Source: Meiothermus sp.
GTDB taxonomy: Bacteria > Deinococcota > Deinococci > Deinococcales > Thermaceae
NCBI GenBank assembly: GCA_033762915.1
Contig: JANRLD010000050.1
Coordinates: 1-64,000, forward strand
Length of the DNA stretch: 64,000 nucleotides
Reading direction: 5' to 3'
The notes under the pieces are model-generated. The model searched no databases and was not told the DNA's origin. It saw only the letters and a program-made list of their open reading frames with translations. Below are positions 39,474-49,360 of the stretch, piece after piece (position 1 is the stretch's first letter; each line of letters opens with the position of its first letter). A program made the position numbers and the translations under genes.

Positions 39474-41180
39474 GTGAGACGCCTAGCGACACTTCTGCTC
39501 TTGAACCTAGCGGCTTGCGGCGGCCCCGCGCCCGCCCCGGCCCAGCCCACCTTCACCCTGCGCGTGGAGTCTCCGGTCTTGGAGCTGCGCGTCACCCAGA
39601 CCGCTACCCTCAAGGTCACGGTCAGCCGCAGCGGCGGGTTCGTGGCACCCGTGATACTCAGCCTGGGCGGGGAGAACACCGGGCTCGAGTCTGCCCCCGT
39701 CACGGTCCTCGGCGGCGAGGGCTCCCTGAGCATCAAGGTCACCGACGCCGCCAAAACCGGCACCAGCTTCCCGGTGGTGGTGGGCACGGCAGGAGCCCTT
39801 ACCAAGTCCGAAACCCTGACCCTGCGCGTCGCCAAGGCGGTGGCGGCGGTCTCGAGCGTAACCGTCAAGGAGGGCGGTGGCAGCGCCCAGGTGCGTCAGG
39901 GCTTCGGGAGTGTGACCCTTCAGGTTCAGGGCAGTAACCTCGAGCGCGTGACCGCCTTCAGGGTGGGCGACCTCGAGACCGCCCTGCTGCCTGGCCGGAC
40001 GCCGACGGGGCTCGAGCTGCAGGTCAGGGTCCCACACGGTGCGACGCTGGGAGCCAAGCGCCTGGTCCTCACCACCGAGGGCGGCGATGCCGACTTGCTG
40101 GCCCTGACCGTCACCCCCATCACCTCGGGGCCGGGCGGGAGCGACGCCAGCGGTGCGGGGACCCCCGAGCGGCCCTACCGCTCGCTCAAGAGGGCCCTCT
40201 CGCAAAGCTCGACCGGCGACACCGTGCGGCTCCTAAACGGAACCTATAGCGCGGTAAACGGAGAGACCTGGGCCAGCGACGACGGCACCACCGTTATCCC
40301 CAACGTGCCTGCCGGGGTGATGGTGGAGGGCGAGAGCAGGGCAGGGGTGATCCTCAGCGGCCCCAACACCCTTGCCACCAGCGTGGCCCTGGCCTTTTCC
40401 GGCGGCGGCGGGGCCAGGGCCCTCACCGCCAGGGGCTTCACCGCCGGGTTTCGCGTCGGCGGCAGCGTGAGCCTCGAGAACGTCGCGGTTCAGTCTGTGT
40501 TGGGCGGGGGTGGGGTCAAGGCCGACGGCGGGAGCCTGCGGGTGGCCGGCTCCGAGTTCAGTGGCGGGGCCGTCGGGCTGCTGCTCTTTGGGACGGTTGA
40601 CGCCGAGCTGGTGGGCGGCTCCGCCCACGACAACGGCACCGGGGTCTCCCTTTCCGGGGCGGCCAAGCTCAGGGTGACTGGCGGCTTCGCAGCCTACGCC
40701 AACGGCGCAGGGATGCAGGTCTCGGGTCAGGCTGAGGCCGCCCTCGAGGGCAGCCAGTTCCACAGCAACCGCGCCACGGGAGTGCTGGCCAACGGGGATT
40801 CCGTCCTTAGGGTGAGCGGTTGCGAGTTCTACGCCAACGCCACCTCGGGCCTCGAGTTCGGCGGGAGAAGCCTGACCCTGCGCGGCAGCACCCTGCGCGA
40901 CAACCGGGGGGCCGGACTTACGGTCAGCCGCTCACCGACCAAGGTAGACCTGGGCACCTTCACCGATCCCGGCAACAACGACCTGCGCGGCAACAGCGCC
41001 GCCCTGGGTCAGATCTCCGACATCCGGCTCTACGTCAGCGGGCTGGGGCAGGTGGTCTTCACGCTGAGCGCCACCCGGCTCAACGGGGTCACCCCCCGGC
41101 CCGACATCTACACTGGGCAGTACAGCAACCTGCCCTACTTCTCCATCGCGGTGCCCAATGTCACCGTACAGATCTTCTGA
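39474..41180 (+). CDS. Lipoprotein with DUF1565-like start and right-handed beta-helix
   Basis: AAGGAGG RBS, lipobox NLAA-C; GSDASGAGTPERPYRSLKRAL, GDTVRLLNGTY; N..xG(V/L) beta-helix rungs. Confidence 0.8.
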   Translation: MRRLATLLLLNLAACGGPAPAPAQPTFTLRVESPVLELRVTQTATLKVTVSRSGGFVAPVILSLGGENTGLESAPVTVLGGEGSLSIKVTDAAKTGTSFPVVVGTAGALTKSETLTLRVAKAVAAVSSVTVKEGGGSAQVRQGFGSVTLQVQGSNLERVTAFRVGDLETALLPGRTPTGLELQVRVPHGATLGAKRLVLTTEGGDADLLALTVTPITSGPGGSDASGAGTPERPYRSLKRALSQSSTGDTVRLLNGTYSAVNGETWASDDGTTVIPNVPAGVMVEGESRAGVILSGPNTLATSVALAFSGGGGARALTARGFTAGFRVGGSVSLENVAVQSVLGGGGVKADGGSLRVAGSEFSGGAVGLLLFGTVDAELVGGSAHDNGTGVSLSGAAKLRVTGGFAAYANGAGMQVSGQAEAALEGSQFHSNRATGVLANGDSVLRVSGCEFYANATSGLEFGGRSLTLRGSTLRDNRGAGLTVSRSPTKVDLGTFTDPGNNDLRGNSAALGQISDIRLYVSGLGQVVFTLSATRLNGVTPRPDIYTGQYSNLPYFSIAVPNVTVQIF

Positions 41181-41272
41181 TTGCGTGTCCCACCAGTACC
41201 CTCCGCGCGGCGGCGTTTGCCCTGCCGAGTACGGTTCGGCGCCCCCTCCTTCGCCGTACTGTGGGGAATGCA
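41180..41272 (+). repeat. Degenerate family A element
   Basis: ATTGCGTGTCCCACC...CCGCGCGGCGGC...GTGGGGAATGC resembles family A ends. Confidence 0.45.
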
Positions 41273-41361
41273 GCAAGCCCGCAGCGGCGGCTATAGCCCG
41301 TAAACTCGAGCAGGCACCAAGTATCCCGCGAAGCGGCCCGACCGCCCGAAAGGACAACCGT

Positions 41362-43581
41362 ATGCAACCGAAGCATCCTATCTTCCGGCCGATGGTATGG
41401 GCAGCAGTGGTCTGGAGCGTGGTCGCGGCCTGTGCCCAGCTGGTGGGCGCCAACCAGTCTGCGCCCGGCGGCAGCTTCCCGATCCTGTTCGTGACCCAAG
41501 TCCCCATCGCCCCCGACTTCGCCACCATCGGCTCGACCTTCGCCAATCACGGCGCTGGCATGCAGCAGGTGGGCCGCGGCGGCGACCTGTGGATTCGCTA
41601 CACCGACGGTAGCCTGAAGAACCTGACCAGAACTGCAGGCTTCGGGATGGAGGGGCAGCAGGGCGACAAGGCCATCGCGGTGCGCGACCCTAGCGTTCAT
41701 TGGGACGGCAAGAAGGCCGTGTTTAGCATGGTGGTTGGTGCCCCCGCCCGGCAGTACGAGGTCAGGGAGTTCCGCTGGCAGCTCTACGAGATTACGGGCC
41801 TGGGTAAAGACGAGACCCCGGTCATCACCAAGGTCGTCAACCAGCCCAACTACAACACCGTCAGCCCCATCTACGCGACCGATGACCGCATCATCTTCAC
41901 CTCCGACCGCCCCAGGGGCGGCGAGGCCCACCTGTACCCACAGCGCGACGAGTACGAGTCCACGGCGGTAGTGACGGGGCTGTGGAGCCTCGAGCCGAGG
42001 TCCGGCGACCTCAGGCTCTTAAACCACGCCCCGTCCGGGAACTTCACCCCCATCCTGGACAGCTTCGGGCGGGTGGTGTTCACCCAGTGGGATCACCTCA
42101 AGCGCGACCAGCAGGCCGACGCCGACAAGTACGCGGGGGGCCAGAACGGCAGCTTCAACTTCGCCTCCGAGGCCGAGGGCGCTCGGCGCCTGAGCAGCCG
42201 CACCGAGGTCTTCCCGGAGCCTCGAGTGGAGCAGGAGTTGGCGGGCAGCAACCTCAACGCCCACGACATCAACCAGTTCTTCCCCTGGACCATTTTTGAG
42301 GACGGCACCGAGGGCGAGACCCTCAACCACGCCGGGCGGCACGAGCTGATGGCGGGCGACCAGCGGCTCTACATCGAGCCGAGCATAAAGGACGACCCCG
42401 CCCTCGAGACCTTCGACCAGCCCACCTTCACCGACAACGCCAACTACATCACCAACCTGTTTCAGATCAAGGAAGACCCCCTAAAGCCGGGAACCTACTT
42501 CGGGACCAACGCCGATGAGTTCGGCACCCACGCCAGCGGGCAGGTCGTCAGCCTGAGCGCACCGCCCAGCCTGGCAGGCAACCGCATCGCCATCCAGAAC
42601 CTCACCGACCCCGCCACCGCCAGCGCGGTGCCGGACGGGGCCAAGGCCCCTACCGGCCACTCCGGCCTCTACCGCGACCCCCTGCCGCTCTCCGACGGAA
42701 CCCTGATCGCCGCCCACACCCCCGAGACCCGGGCCGACGCGGCGGGCGCTTCGCTGGTCGCCTCGAGGTACGCCTTCCGCCTGAAGACGCTGAGGAAAAA
42801 CTCGAGCGGGGTTTGGGCGGCCGACCAGCCGCTCACCCGGGGTATTGCCAAGAGCCTGAGCTTCTGGAGCCCCGACGAGCGCGTGACCTACAGCGGCAAC
42901 CTATGGGAGTTGCAGCCGGCGGAGGTTCGGCCCCGCGCTCGCCCCGCCCGCCTCTCCGCCCCCCTGCCCAGCGTGGAGAGGAGCGTGCTGCAGCGGGCCG
43001 GGGTGGACGAGGCCGCGCTGCGGGCCTACCTGGTCAAGAACGACCTGGCCCTGGCGGTGATGCGCAACGTCACTACCCGCGATACCGCCGACAAGCAGCA
43101 GCCCTTCAACCTCCGGGTTCCTGGTGGGGTGCAGACGCTGGGCTCGGGCTACAAGGCGGGCGATAAGATCTACAGCGTCGCCCACCTCCAGATCTTCCAG
43201 GCCGACCAGGTACGCGGCTACGGCGGAACCGCCAGCCCCGAGGCCGGGCGGCGGGTGCTGGCCCAGCCGCTGCACGAGGCCAAGGCGCTCTCGAGCAACC
43301 CTCCGGTCAGCGGCCCGGCGGGCAGCGTGGCAGTAGCAGGCGACGGCTCGGTGGCAGCCTTCGTGCCCGCCCGCCGCGCCCTCAGCTGGCAGCTCACCGA
43401 TCCCGGCGGAACCCCGGTGGTGCGCGAGCGCTACTGGATCACCTTCCAGCCGGGCGAGATCCGCGTCTGCGCCTCCTGCCACGGCCTCAACGAGCGAGAC
43501 CAGGCCGGCAACCCTCCGCCCACCAACCCGCCTAGGGCGCTGCTGGCGCTGCTGGAGCGCTGGAAAACCCTGCCCAAGTAG
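41362..43581 (+). CDS. Secreted beta-propeller protein with C-terminal CxxCH (HzsA-middle-domain-like)
   Basis: VRDPSVHWDGKKAVFSM, RIIFTSDRP, DGSVAAFVPARR, QPGEIRVCASCHG. Confidence 0.75.
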   Translation: MQPKHPIFRPMVWAAVVWSVVAACAQLVGANQSAPGGSFPILFVTQVPIAPDFATIGSTFANHGAGMQQVGRGGDLWIRYTDGSLKNLTRTAGFGMEGQQGDKAIAVRDPSVHWDGKKAVFSMVVGAPARQYEVREFRWQLYEITGLGKDETPVITKVVNQPNYNTVSPIYATDDRIIFTSDRPRGGEAHLYPQRDEYESTAVVTGLWSLEPRSGDLRLLNHAPSGNFTPILDSFGRVVFTQWDHLKRDQQADADKYAGGQNGSFNFASEAEGARRLSSRTEVFPEPRVEQELAGSNLNAHDINQFFPWTIFEDGTEGETLNHAGRHELMAGDQRLYIEPSIKDDPALETFDQPTFTDNANYITNLFQIKEDPLKPGTYFGTNADEFGTHASGQVVSLSAPPSLAGNRIAIQNLTDPATASAVPDGAKAPTGHSGLYRDPLPLSDGTLIAAHTPETRADAAGASLVASRYAFRLKTLRKNSSGVWAADQPLTRGIAKSLSFWSPDERVTYSGNLWELQPAEVRPRARPARLSAPLPSVERSVLQRAGVDEAALRAYLVKNDLALAVMRNVTTRDTADKQQPFNLRVPGGVQTLGSGYKAGDKIYSVAHLQIFQADQVRGYGGTASPEAGRRVLAQPLHEAKALSSNPPVSGPAGSVAVAGDGSVAAFVPARRALSWQLTDPGGTPVVRERYWITFQPGEIRVCASCHGLNERDQAGNPPPTNPPRALLALLERWKTLPK

Positions 43582-43619
43582 CCCCGATCCCTGCGCCGCG
43601 GGGCCGGCGGCACACGACC

Positions 43620-45134
43620 TCACTCGCCGGGCTGCTCGAGTTCCTCCTCATCGACCTCTCCTGCCTTGCGCGGCTTGAGCAGGGGGAACAAAATTACATC
43701 GCGGATGGAGTGCTGGTTGGTCAGGAACATGGTCAGCCGGTCGATGCCCAGCCCCATGCCGGCGGCGGGGGGCATCCCGTACTCCAGGGCCAGCAGAAAG
43801 TCCTCGTCCTGTTCGGGCTCCTCGTCGTCGCCGGCCTCGCGCCTCGCGGTCTGCTCCTCGAAACGCGCCCGCTGGTCGAGGGCGTCGTTGAGCTCGGAGT
43901 AGATGGGGGAGAGCTCCACCCCGGCCACGAAGAGGTCGGCCCGCTCGGTGAGGCTTGGCTTGGCGGGGTCGCGGTGGCGCTTGACCAAGGGCGAAATTGC
44001 CAGCGGCACGTCCTTGACGAAGGTGGGGTTGATCAGGGTGGGCTCGACGTACTCGCCGAACAGCTTGTCCAGCAGTTTGTAGGGCGGCACGCCGCGCAGC
44101 TCGGGGTGCCTGGCATCGCTCCAGGCCTTGAGGCGCTCAAGGTCGGTGGGGTCGAAGTCCAGACCGGCCTTCTCCCTCAGCGCCTCCACGAAATCGATCC
44201 GCCGGAAGGGCAGCGAGAAGTCGAGGGTAAGGTCGCCGTACGGAATGGTGGTGGTGCCGTGGACGTGCTGCACCAGGCCCGAGACCATCTTCTCGATGAA
44301 GGCCATCATGTCGTTGTAGTCGGCGTAGGCCCAGTAGGCCTCGAGCATGGTGAACTCGGGGTTGTGCTTGATTGAGATGCCCTCATTGCGGTAGTTGCGC
44401 CCGATCTCAAAGACCCGCTCGAAGCCGCCCACCAGGAGCCGCTTGAGGTGTAGCTCGAGGGCGATGCGCAGGCTGAACTCGTGGTCGAGGGCGTTGTGGA
44501 AGGTCTTGAAGGGCTTGGCCTCGGTGCCCCCGGCGATGGATTGGAGCGTGGGGCCTTCGACCTCTAAAAAGCCCGCGTCCTCGAAGGTGCGGCGGATGTA
44601 GCGCACAATTCTGCTGCGCGTCTCGAAGACCTGGCGCACCTCGGGGTTTTGCATCAGGTCGAGGTAGCGCTGGCGGTAGCGGGTCTCGACGTTGGAGATG
44701 CCGTGCCACTTGTCGGGCAGCGGGTGCAGGGCCTTGACCAGCGGGGTGAACCGCTGCACCTTGACCGTGATCTCGCCGGTCTTGGTGGTGAAGACGGTCC
44801 CCTCGATGCCCACCCAGTCGCCGATGTCGAGCTTCTTGCTCAGCTCGTAGTGAAGGGTGTTGTCGCGGGTTAAGTAGACCTGGATGCGCCCGCTGCCGTC
44901 TTGGATGTGGGCGAAGCTGGCCTTGCCCATGTGGCGGAACAACATAACCCGACCCGCCACCTTGACCTGCTCCTCGGGCCACTCCTGCTGCGGCTCGGCT
45001 CCGGTGTGGGCCTCGAGGATTTGTTTGGCGTGGTGGGTCTGCTCGAAGGAATAGGGGAACTTCTCGAAGCCCGCATCGACGAGGGCCTGTTGGTTCTGCA
45101 TCCGCTGCTTGGTCTGTTCGCTGTACTCAGGCAT
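43620..45134 (-). CDS. lysS: Lysine--tRNA ligase (class II)
   Basis: [45 protein letters not shown]. Confidence 0.97.
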   Translation of the reverse strand: MPEYSEQTKQRMQNQQALVDAGFEKFPYSFEQTHHAKQILEAHTGAEPQQEWPEEQVKVAGRVMLFRHMGKASFAHIQDGSGRIQVYLTRDNTLHYELSKKLDIGDWVGIEGTVFTTKTGEITVKVQRFTPLVKALHPLPDKWHGISNVETRYRQRYLDLMQNPEVRQVFETRSRIVRYIRRTFEDAGFLEVEGPTLQSIAGGTEAKPFKTFHNALDHEFSLRIALELHLKRLLVGGFERVFEIGRNYRNEGISIKHNPEFTMLEAYWAYADYNDMMAFIEKMVSGLVQHVHGTTTIPYGDLTLDFSLPFRRIDFVEALREKAGLDFDPTDLERLKAWSDARHPELRGVPPYKLLDKLFGEYVEPTLINPTFVKDVPLAISPLVKRHRDPAKPSLTERADLFVAGVELSPIYSELNDALDQRARFEEQTARREAGDDEEPEQDEDFLLALEYGMPPAAGMGLGIDRLTMFLTNQHSIRDVILFPLLKPRKAGEVDEEELEQPGE

Positions 45135-45379
45135 ATTTTGGTGTTTAGGGCTTAGGGATTTGGGCTCGAGGCCCCGCGTCGCCCGACTCCTCGGGATTAT
45201 ACAGACTGGGCCTCCACCCCCTGCCCCCGACACAGCGCGGGCCGCCGCAGAGCCAATCGGTAGCCTCCCCGGCGGGCGATCAGCCGACTGGGCGGTCTGG
45301 CCCCAGGCTTTCGGCTTCTGCGAGCCCGATCTGGCGGCAGAACCGGCAGGCGAACGGCAGGGCCGGCTAAGCGTCTTCA

Positions 45380-45565
45380 TAGTTGCAATGCGAAATCTCG
45401 CCCGCCAGCTCCCGCAGAGAATTGCGCCTCGGGTAGCCGCTCCGCGGCTATGGCGCACGCCACTCCGCCCCGGGTAGCCGCTCCGCGGCTATGGCGTACG
45501 CCACTCCGACCTGGCACGTTTTTACCGTATCCGCGGATTCTGCACTTGCACCCTGGCGCAACTTA
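45380..45565. mobile_element. MITE-like repeat family B with internal 41-bp tandem duplication
   Basis: Same ends and body as 31383-31527; the unit starting CGGGTAGCCGCTCCGCGGCTATGGCG occurs at 45430 and 45471. Confidence 0.8.
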
Positions 45566-45663
45566 AGCCGTGCCCGCGCAATGATGGGCCAACCGCCGCC
45601 CCGCAGGCCGGCAAACCGCGAGCTTAAAGCGCAGCGGCACTTTTTGGTAGGCTGGTCGCGGCT

Positions 45664-46140
45664 ATGTCCGAACCCCAGTTCTGGATCGATCACTTCGGCC
45701 TCCAGCGCCACCCCGAGGGCGGCTACTTCGCCGAGTTCTACCGCTCGTCCCAGACCGTCGAGACCGCCAGGGGGCCCCGCCCCGCCGGGACCTCGATCTA
45801 CTTCCTGCTCGAGCAGGGGGACTTCTCAGCCTTCCACCGCTTGCAGTCCGACGAGCTCTGGCATTTCTACTGGGGCTCGGCCCTGACCCTGTGGGTCATC
45901 GAGCCCTCGGGCCAGCTTGCCACCCTGCGGCTGGGGGCCGACCCCGCCCAGGGCCAGAGCCTCCAGGCCCTGGTGCCCAAAAACACCTGGTTCGCCGCCC
46001 AGCCCGACGGCTGTGCCCTGGTCGGCTGCACCATGGCCCCCGGCTTCGACTACGCCGACTTCGAACTGGCCGAGCGTGCCGAGCTGTCGCGCCTGTACCC
46101 GCAGCACGCCGAGCTGATCGGGCGGTTCACTCGAGACTAA
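45664..46140 (+). CDS. Cupin_5 (DUF985) protein
   Basis: HPEGGYF, TSIYFLL, FHRLQSDELWHFY, LVGCTMAPGFDYADFE. Confidence 0.9.
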   Translation: MSEPQFWIDHFGLQRHPEGGYFAEFYRSSQTVETARGPRPAGTSIYFLLEQGDFSAFHRLQSDELWHFYWGSALTLWVIEPSGQLATLRLGADPAQGQSLQALVPKNTWFAAQPDGCALVGCTMAPGFDYADFELAERAELSRLYPQHAELIGRFTRD

Positions 46141-46163
46141 TCACGGAGGGCTGAGCGAGCGGC

Positions 46164-47255
46164 CTATCGATTTGGCTGGCCGACGCCTTCCTCGGGCCGC
46201 GCAGTCGAGCCCCGCACCACCAGCCGCGTCGGCAGCAGCCCGGACAGCTCGAGCGGCTCCCCCCGGATGGCCGCCATCAGCAGCCGCCCGGCCCACAGGC
46301 CCTTGTCGAGGAGCGGCTGGTGAATGGTGGTGAGTGGCGGCGCGGTGCGGGCGGTCTCGGGGATGTCGTCGAAGCCGACAACCGAGAGGTCTTCGGGGAT
46401 GCGGATCCCTCGAGCCCGGCAGGCCTGGTAGACCCCGAAGGCCACCTGGTCGCTCATGCACAGCAGCGCCGTGGGTCGGGGGCTGAGCTCCAGCATGGCC
46501 AGCCCGCCCCGCTCGCCCTCCTCGATTAGGTTCTCGGCTACCTCCCAGACCGGCACCTGTGCCCAGTCCAGTCCGGCGGCCTCGAGTGCGCTGCGGTAGC
46601 CGTCCAGCCGGTTTACCACTGCCGTGTGCTGGGGGATGCTCTGGCGCTCGAGGCTGGCGAAGCCACCTTTGGCGTCCACGGTGTACTCCAGCGAGACCAC
46701 TCCGATGCGGCGGTGGCCCAGCTCGAGCAGGTGCTGCGCCGCCTGCCTGGCCCCGCCGAAGTCGTCCACGTTGACGGCGGGTAGCCCCTCGATGGGCGGG
46801 TAGTCCACCACCACGGTGGGCAGTCTGCGGGCCAGCACGGTCTGGATGGTGGGGCTGTTGTTGGGGATCGAGTAGACCACGAAGCCGTCCACCGCCGCCT
46901 GGGCTACCAGCGACTCCTGGTTGATCCGCTTGGGCACCAGCAGCATCCCCAGGTTGGCCTCCTCCACCACCTGGCCCAGCCCCTGCATGAAGAGCCCCGC
47001 CACCGGGTCGGCGAAGGTGTAGCGCAGCCGGTCGGCGTAGAGCACCCCCACCGCTCCGGCCCGCCCCCGCCGAAGCCCCCGCGCCAGCGGGTCGGGCGAG
47101 TAGCCCAGGCTGCGGGCGGTCTGGAGGATGCGCTCGCGCAGCTCGGGCGACAACTGGTCGGGCCGGTTGAAGGCGTTGGAGACGGTGGCGGGTGAGACCC
47201 CCAGCGAACGGGCTACGTCCTTGAGGCTGGTCTTGCCCTTGGCCTTGACCGACAT
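46164..47255 (-). CDS. LacI family transcriptional regulator
   Basis: SLKDVARSLGVSPATVSNAFN, IPEDLSVVGFDDI, PPLTTIHQP. Confidence 0.95.
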   Translation of the reverse strand: MSVKAKGKTSLKDVARSLGVSPATVSNAFNRPDQLSPELRERILQTARSLGYSPDPLARGLRRGRAGAVGVLYADRLRYTFADPVAGLFMQGLGQVVEEANLGMLLVPKRINQESLVAQAAVDGFVVYSIPNNSPTIQTVLARRLPTVVVDYPPIEGLPAVNVDDFGGARQAAQHLLELGHRRIGVVSLEYTVDAKGGFASLERQSIPQHTAVVNRLDGYRSALEAAGLDWAQVPVWEVAENLIEEGERGGLAMLELSPRPTALLCMSDQVAFGVYQACRARGIRIPEDLSVVGFDDIPETARTAPPLTTIHQPLLDKGLWAGRLLMAAIRGEPLELSGLLPTRLVVRGSTARPEEGVGQPNR

Positions 47256-47273
47256 TGCGGCTATGGTACACTA

Positions 47274-47287
47274 CTGAAACGATTTAG
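47274..47287. promoter_or_regulatory. LacI-type operator
   Basis: CG-centred imperfect palindrome CTGAAACGATTTAG between the divergent LacI and oxidoreductase genes; weaker GAAAACGATAC at 47325. Confidence 0.65.
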
Positions 47288-47479
47288 ATGGGTCGGCTAG
47301 GCGTTGACGGTGGGCCGTTTAAGGGAAAACGATACGGTGAGGGTTGCGAGCTGACCGTCGAGGGTAAAGGGGGTGGGATTTTGGCCGTCAGCGGCCCTTG
47401 GCTGCCAGCCAACGTAAGGTTAGCCTCGAGCCCCTCCCCTCAGCCTTCAGCCGTCAACCTTCGACCCGCAGGAGCTACC

Positions 47480-48589
47480 ATGCCAAAGACCAGAGCCCAA
47501 AAACCCAGGCCCGCAGCTAAACCGACTCCCGTCATGCCAAACACCTACGGAGGCCCAGCGGCTTCTAGCATGGGTGAGCCATTGCGGGTGGCGCTGGTGG
47601 GGGCGGGGGGAATCGCTGCCACCCACTACCGGGGGTACCTGGCGGCGAAGGCCAGTGTGGTGGCTTTCGTGGAGCCCTACGAGGTCACGCGGCTGGCCAG
47701 GGAGAAGGAGTGGGGGGTCAAGGGCTACGAGACCCTCGAGGCACTCCTGGCCAACGAGTCCGTCGAGGCAGTCTCGGTCTGCTCGCCCAACGCCTTCCAC
47801 CACGGCGCGACGGTGGCGGCAGTGAGGGCCGGGCTGCACGTGCTGTGCGAGAAGCCCCTGAGCATGAGCTTGGCCGAGTGCCAGCAGATGATTGACGCCG
47901 CCAAGAAGGCCAAAGTGGTGCTCCAGACCGGCCACCACCTGCGCTCCAACCTGCTGGTGGAGAAGACCAAGCAACTCATCACCTCGGGGCAGATCGGTAA
48001 GGTGGCCTTCATGCGGCTCCGCCAGGCCCACGACTGGGGCGGCAACAAGGCAGTGCGCGAGTCCTTTGGCCTGTTGAAGAACTCCGGCGGTGGAACGCTC
48101 CTGGACAACGGCTGCCACATGATGGACCTGGCCCGGCACTTCGGCGGCAACGTCAGGCGCCTCAGCGCCATGATGGGGACGCTGGGGGCTTGGACGACCA
48201 GGGTCGAGGTGGAGGACACCAGCCTGGTGCAGCTGGAGTTCGAGGGCGGCATCCTGGGCAGTGTGGAGAACGCCTGGACAGCCACCGGCTGGGAGGAAGG
48301 TTGGTGGATCTACGGCACCGAGGGCGCCATAGAGTGTACCAATCGGCTGGGCAAGCGCACCCTCAGGCACGTGCGGCGGGACTCGAGCGGCACCACCTGG
48401 GACAAGCTCGACGAGACCGTCTACACCTACGCCGACGAGGGCGGCCATCCCCGCCAGATCGTCGCCTTCATCCGCTCGATCCGCGAGGGCACCCCGGTGG
48501 TCTGCACCGGCCAGGACGGGATGGAATCGGTGCGGCTGGTGCTCAAGGCTTACGAGAGCGCCAAGAAGGGAAAGCCGGTGAGCCTGTAA
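47480..48589 (+). CDS. Gfo/Idh/MocA oxidoreductase
   Basis: LVGAGGIA, HVLCEKP, GGGTLLDNGCHMMD. Confidence 0.92.
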   Translation: MPKTRAQKPRPAAKPTPVMPNTYGGPAASSMGEPLRVALVGAGGIAATHYRGYLAAKASVVAFVEPYEVTRLAREKEWGVKGYETLEALLANESVEAVSVCSPNAFHHGATVAAVRAGLHVLCEKPLSMSLAECQQMIDAAKKAKVVLQTGHHLRSNLLVEKTKQLITSGQIGKVAFMRLRQAHDWGGNKAVRESFGLLKNSGGGTLLDNGCHMMDLARHFGGNVRRLSAMMGTLGAWTTRVEVEDTSLVQLEFEGGILGSVENAWTATGWEEGWWIYGTEGAIECTNRLGKRTLRHVRRDSSGTTWDKLDETVYTYADEGGHPRQIVAFIRSIREGTPVVCTGQDGMESVRLVLKAYESAKKGKPVSL

Positions 48590-48802
48590 GGGGGCAGGAA
48601 GGACGGGAGGAAGCGCGAAGGGGATAAGCCAAGGGCCTCCCGCGTCTGTGCCGCCCGCAATCGGCTTGCGAAACCGCCTCAGTATGGGCAGCTTGGGGCC
48701 AACTCCAAGGGATCGGTCCTGCATATACCAAGGTCGCTGCCTGTTGCCCCAGTATCTGACCGTCAACCCATAACCCCGTAACCCTCAACTACCCAACACC
48801 CA

Positions 48803-49360
48803 ATGAACTGGCTCAACGAACCCCCCCGCTGGAAGCTCGAGCCCGCTGCCCTCGAGGTTGTAACCGCCGACCGTACCGACTTCTGGCGCGAGACCCACTA
48901 CGGTTTTGTCCGCGACGACGGACACTTCTTCTATCAGGAGGTGGCGGGAGACTTCAGTGTCGAGGTCGGCATTGTCGGTAAGTACCAGCACCTCTACGAC
49001 CAGGCCGGTCTGATGGTGCGCCTCGACGAGCGCAACTGGATCAAGGCCGGGGTCGAGTTCACCGATGGGCTACCGCACCTCAGCGCGGTGGTGACTCGAG
49101 ACTTCTCGGACTGGTCGGTGCTGCCGCTGCCGCACAGCCCGCCTAAGGTCTGGCTGCGCCTGACCCGGCACGGCAGCGCGGTGCGGGTGCAGTACTCGTT
49201 CGAGGGCTCGAGGTGGGCCCTGCTGCGGCTGGCCTACCTGCCCGACGCGCCTGTCGTGCAGGCGGGTATGATGTGCTGCTCGCCGCAACGCTCGGGCTTC
49301 GAGGTGCGCTTCGAAGGGTTCAGGGTGGGGGAGGCGGTCGTTAGGGAGTTGCATGAATAG
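48803..49360 (+). CDS. DUF1349 family protein
   Basis: TDFWRETHYGFVRDDGH, LYDQAGLMVR, WIKAGVE, SAVVT..FSDWS. Confidence 0.88.
   Translation: MNWLNEPPRWKLEPAALEVVTADRTDFWRETHYGFVRDDGHFFYQEVAGDFSVEVGIVGKYQHLYDQAGLMVRLDERNWIKAGVEFTDGLPHLSAVVTRDFSDWSVLPLPHSPPKVWLRLTRHGSAVRVQYSFEGSRWALLRLAYLPDAPVVQAGMMCCSPQRSGFEVRFEGFRVGEAVVRELHE

Noticed and set aside
41362..43581. Anammox hydrazine synthase
   Set aside because: No hzsB/hzsC or other anammox genes nearby; the similarity is at motif level only
45430..45511. CRISPR-like repeat
   Set aside because: Only two adjacent units with no unique spacer; internal duplication of a family B element; no cas genes in the window
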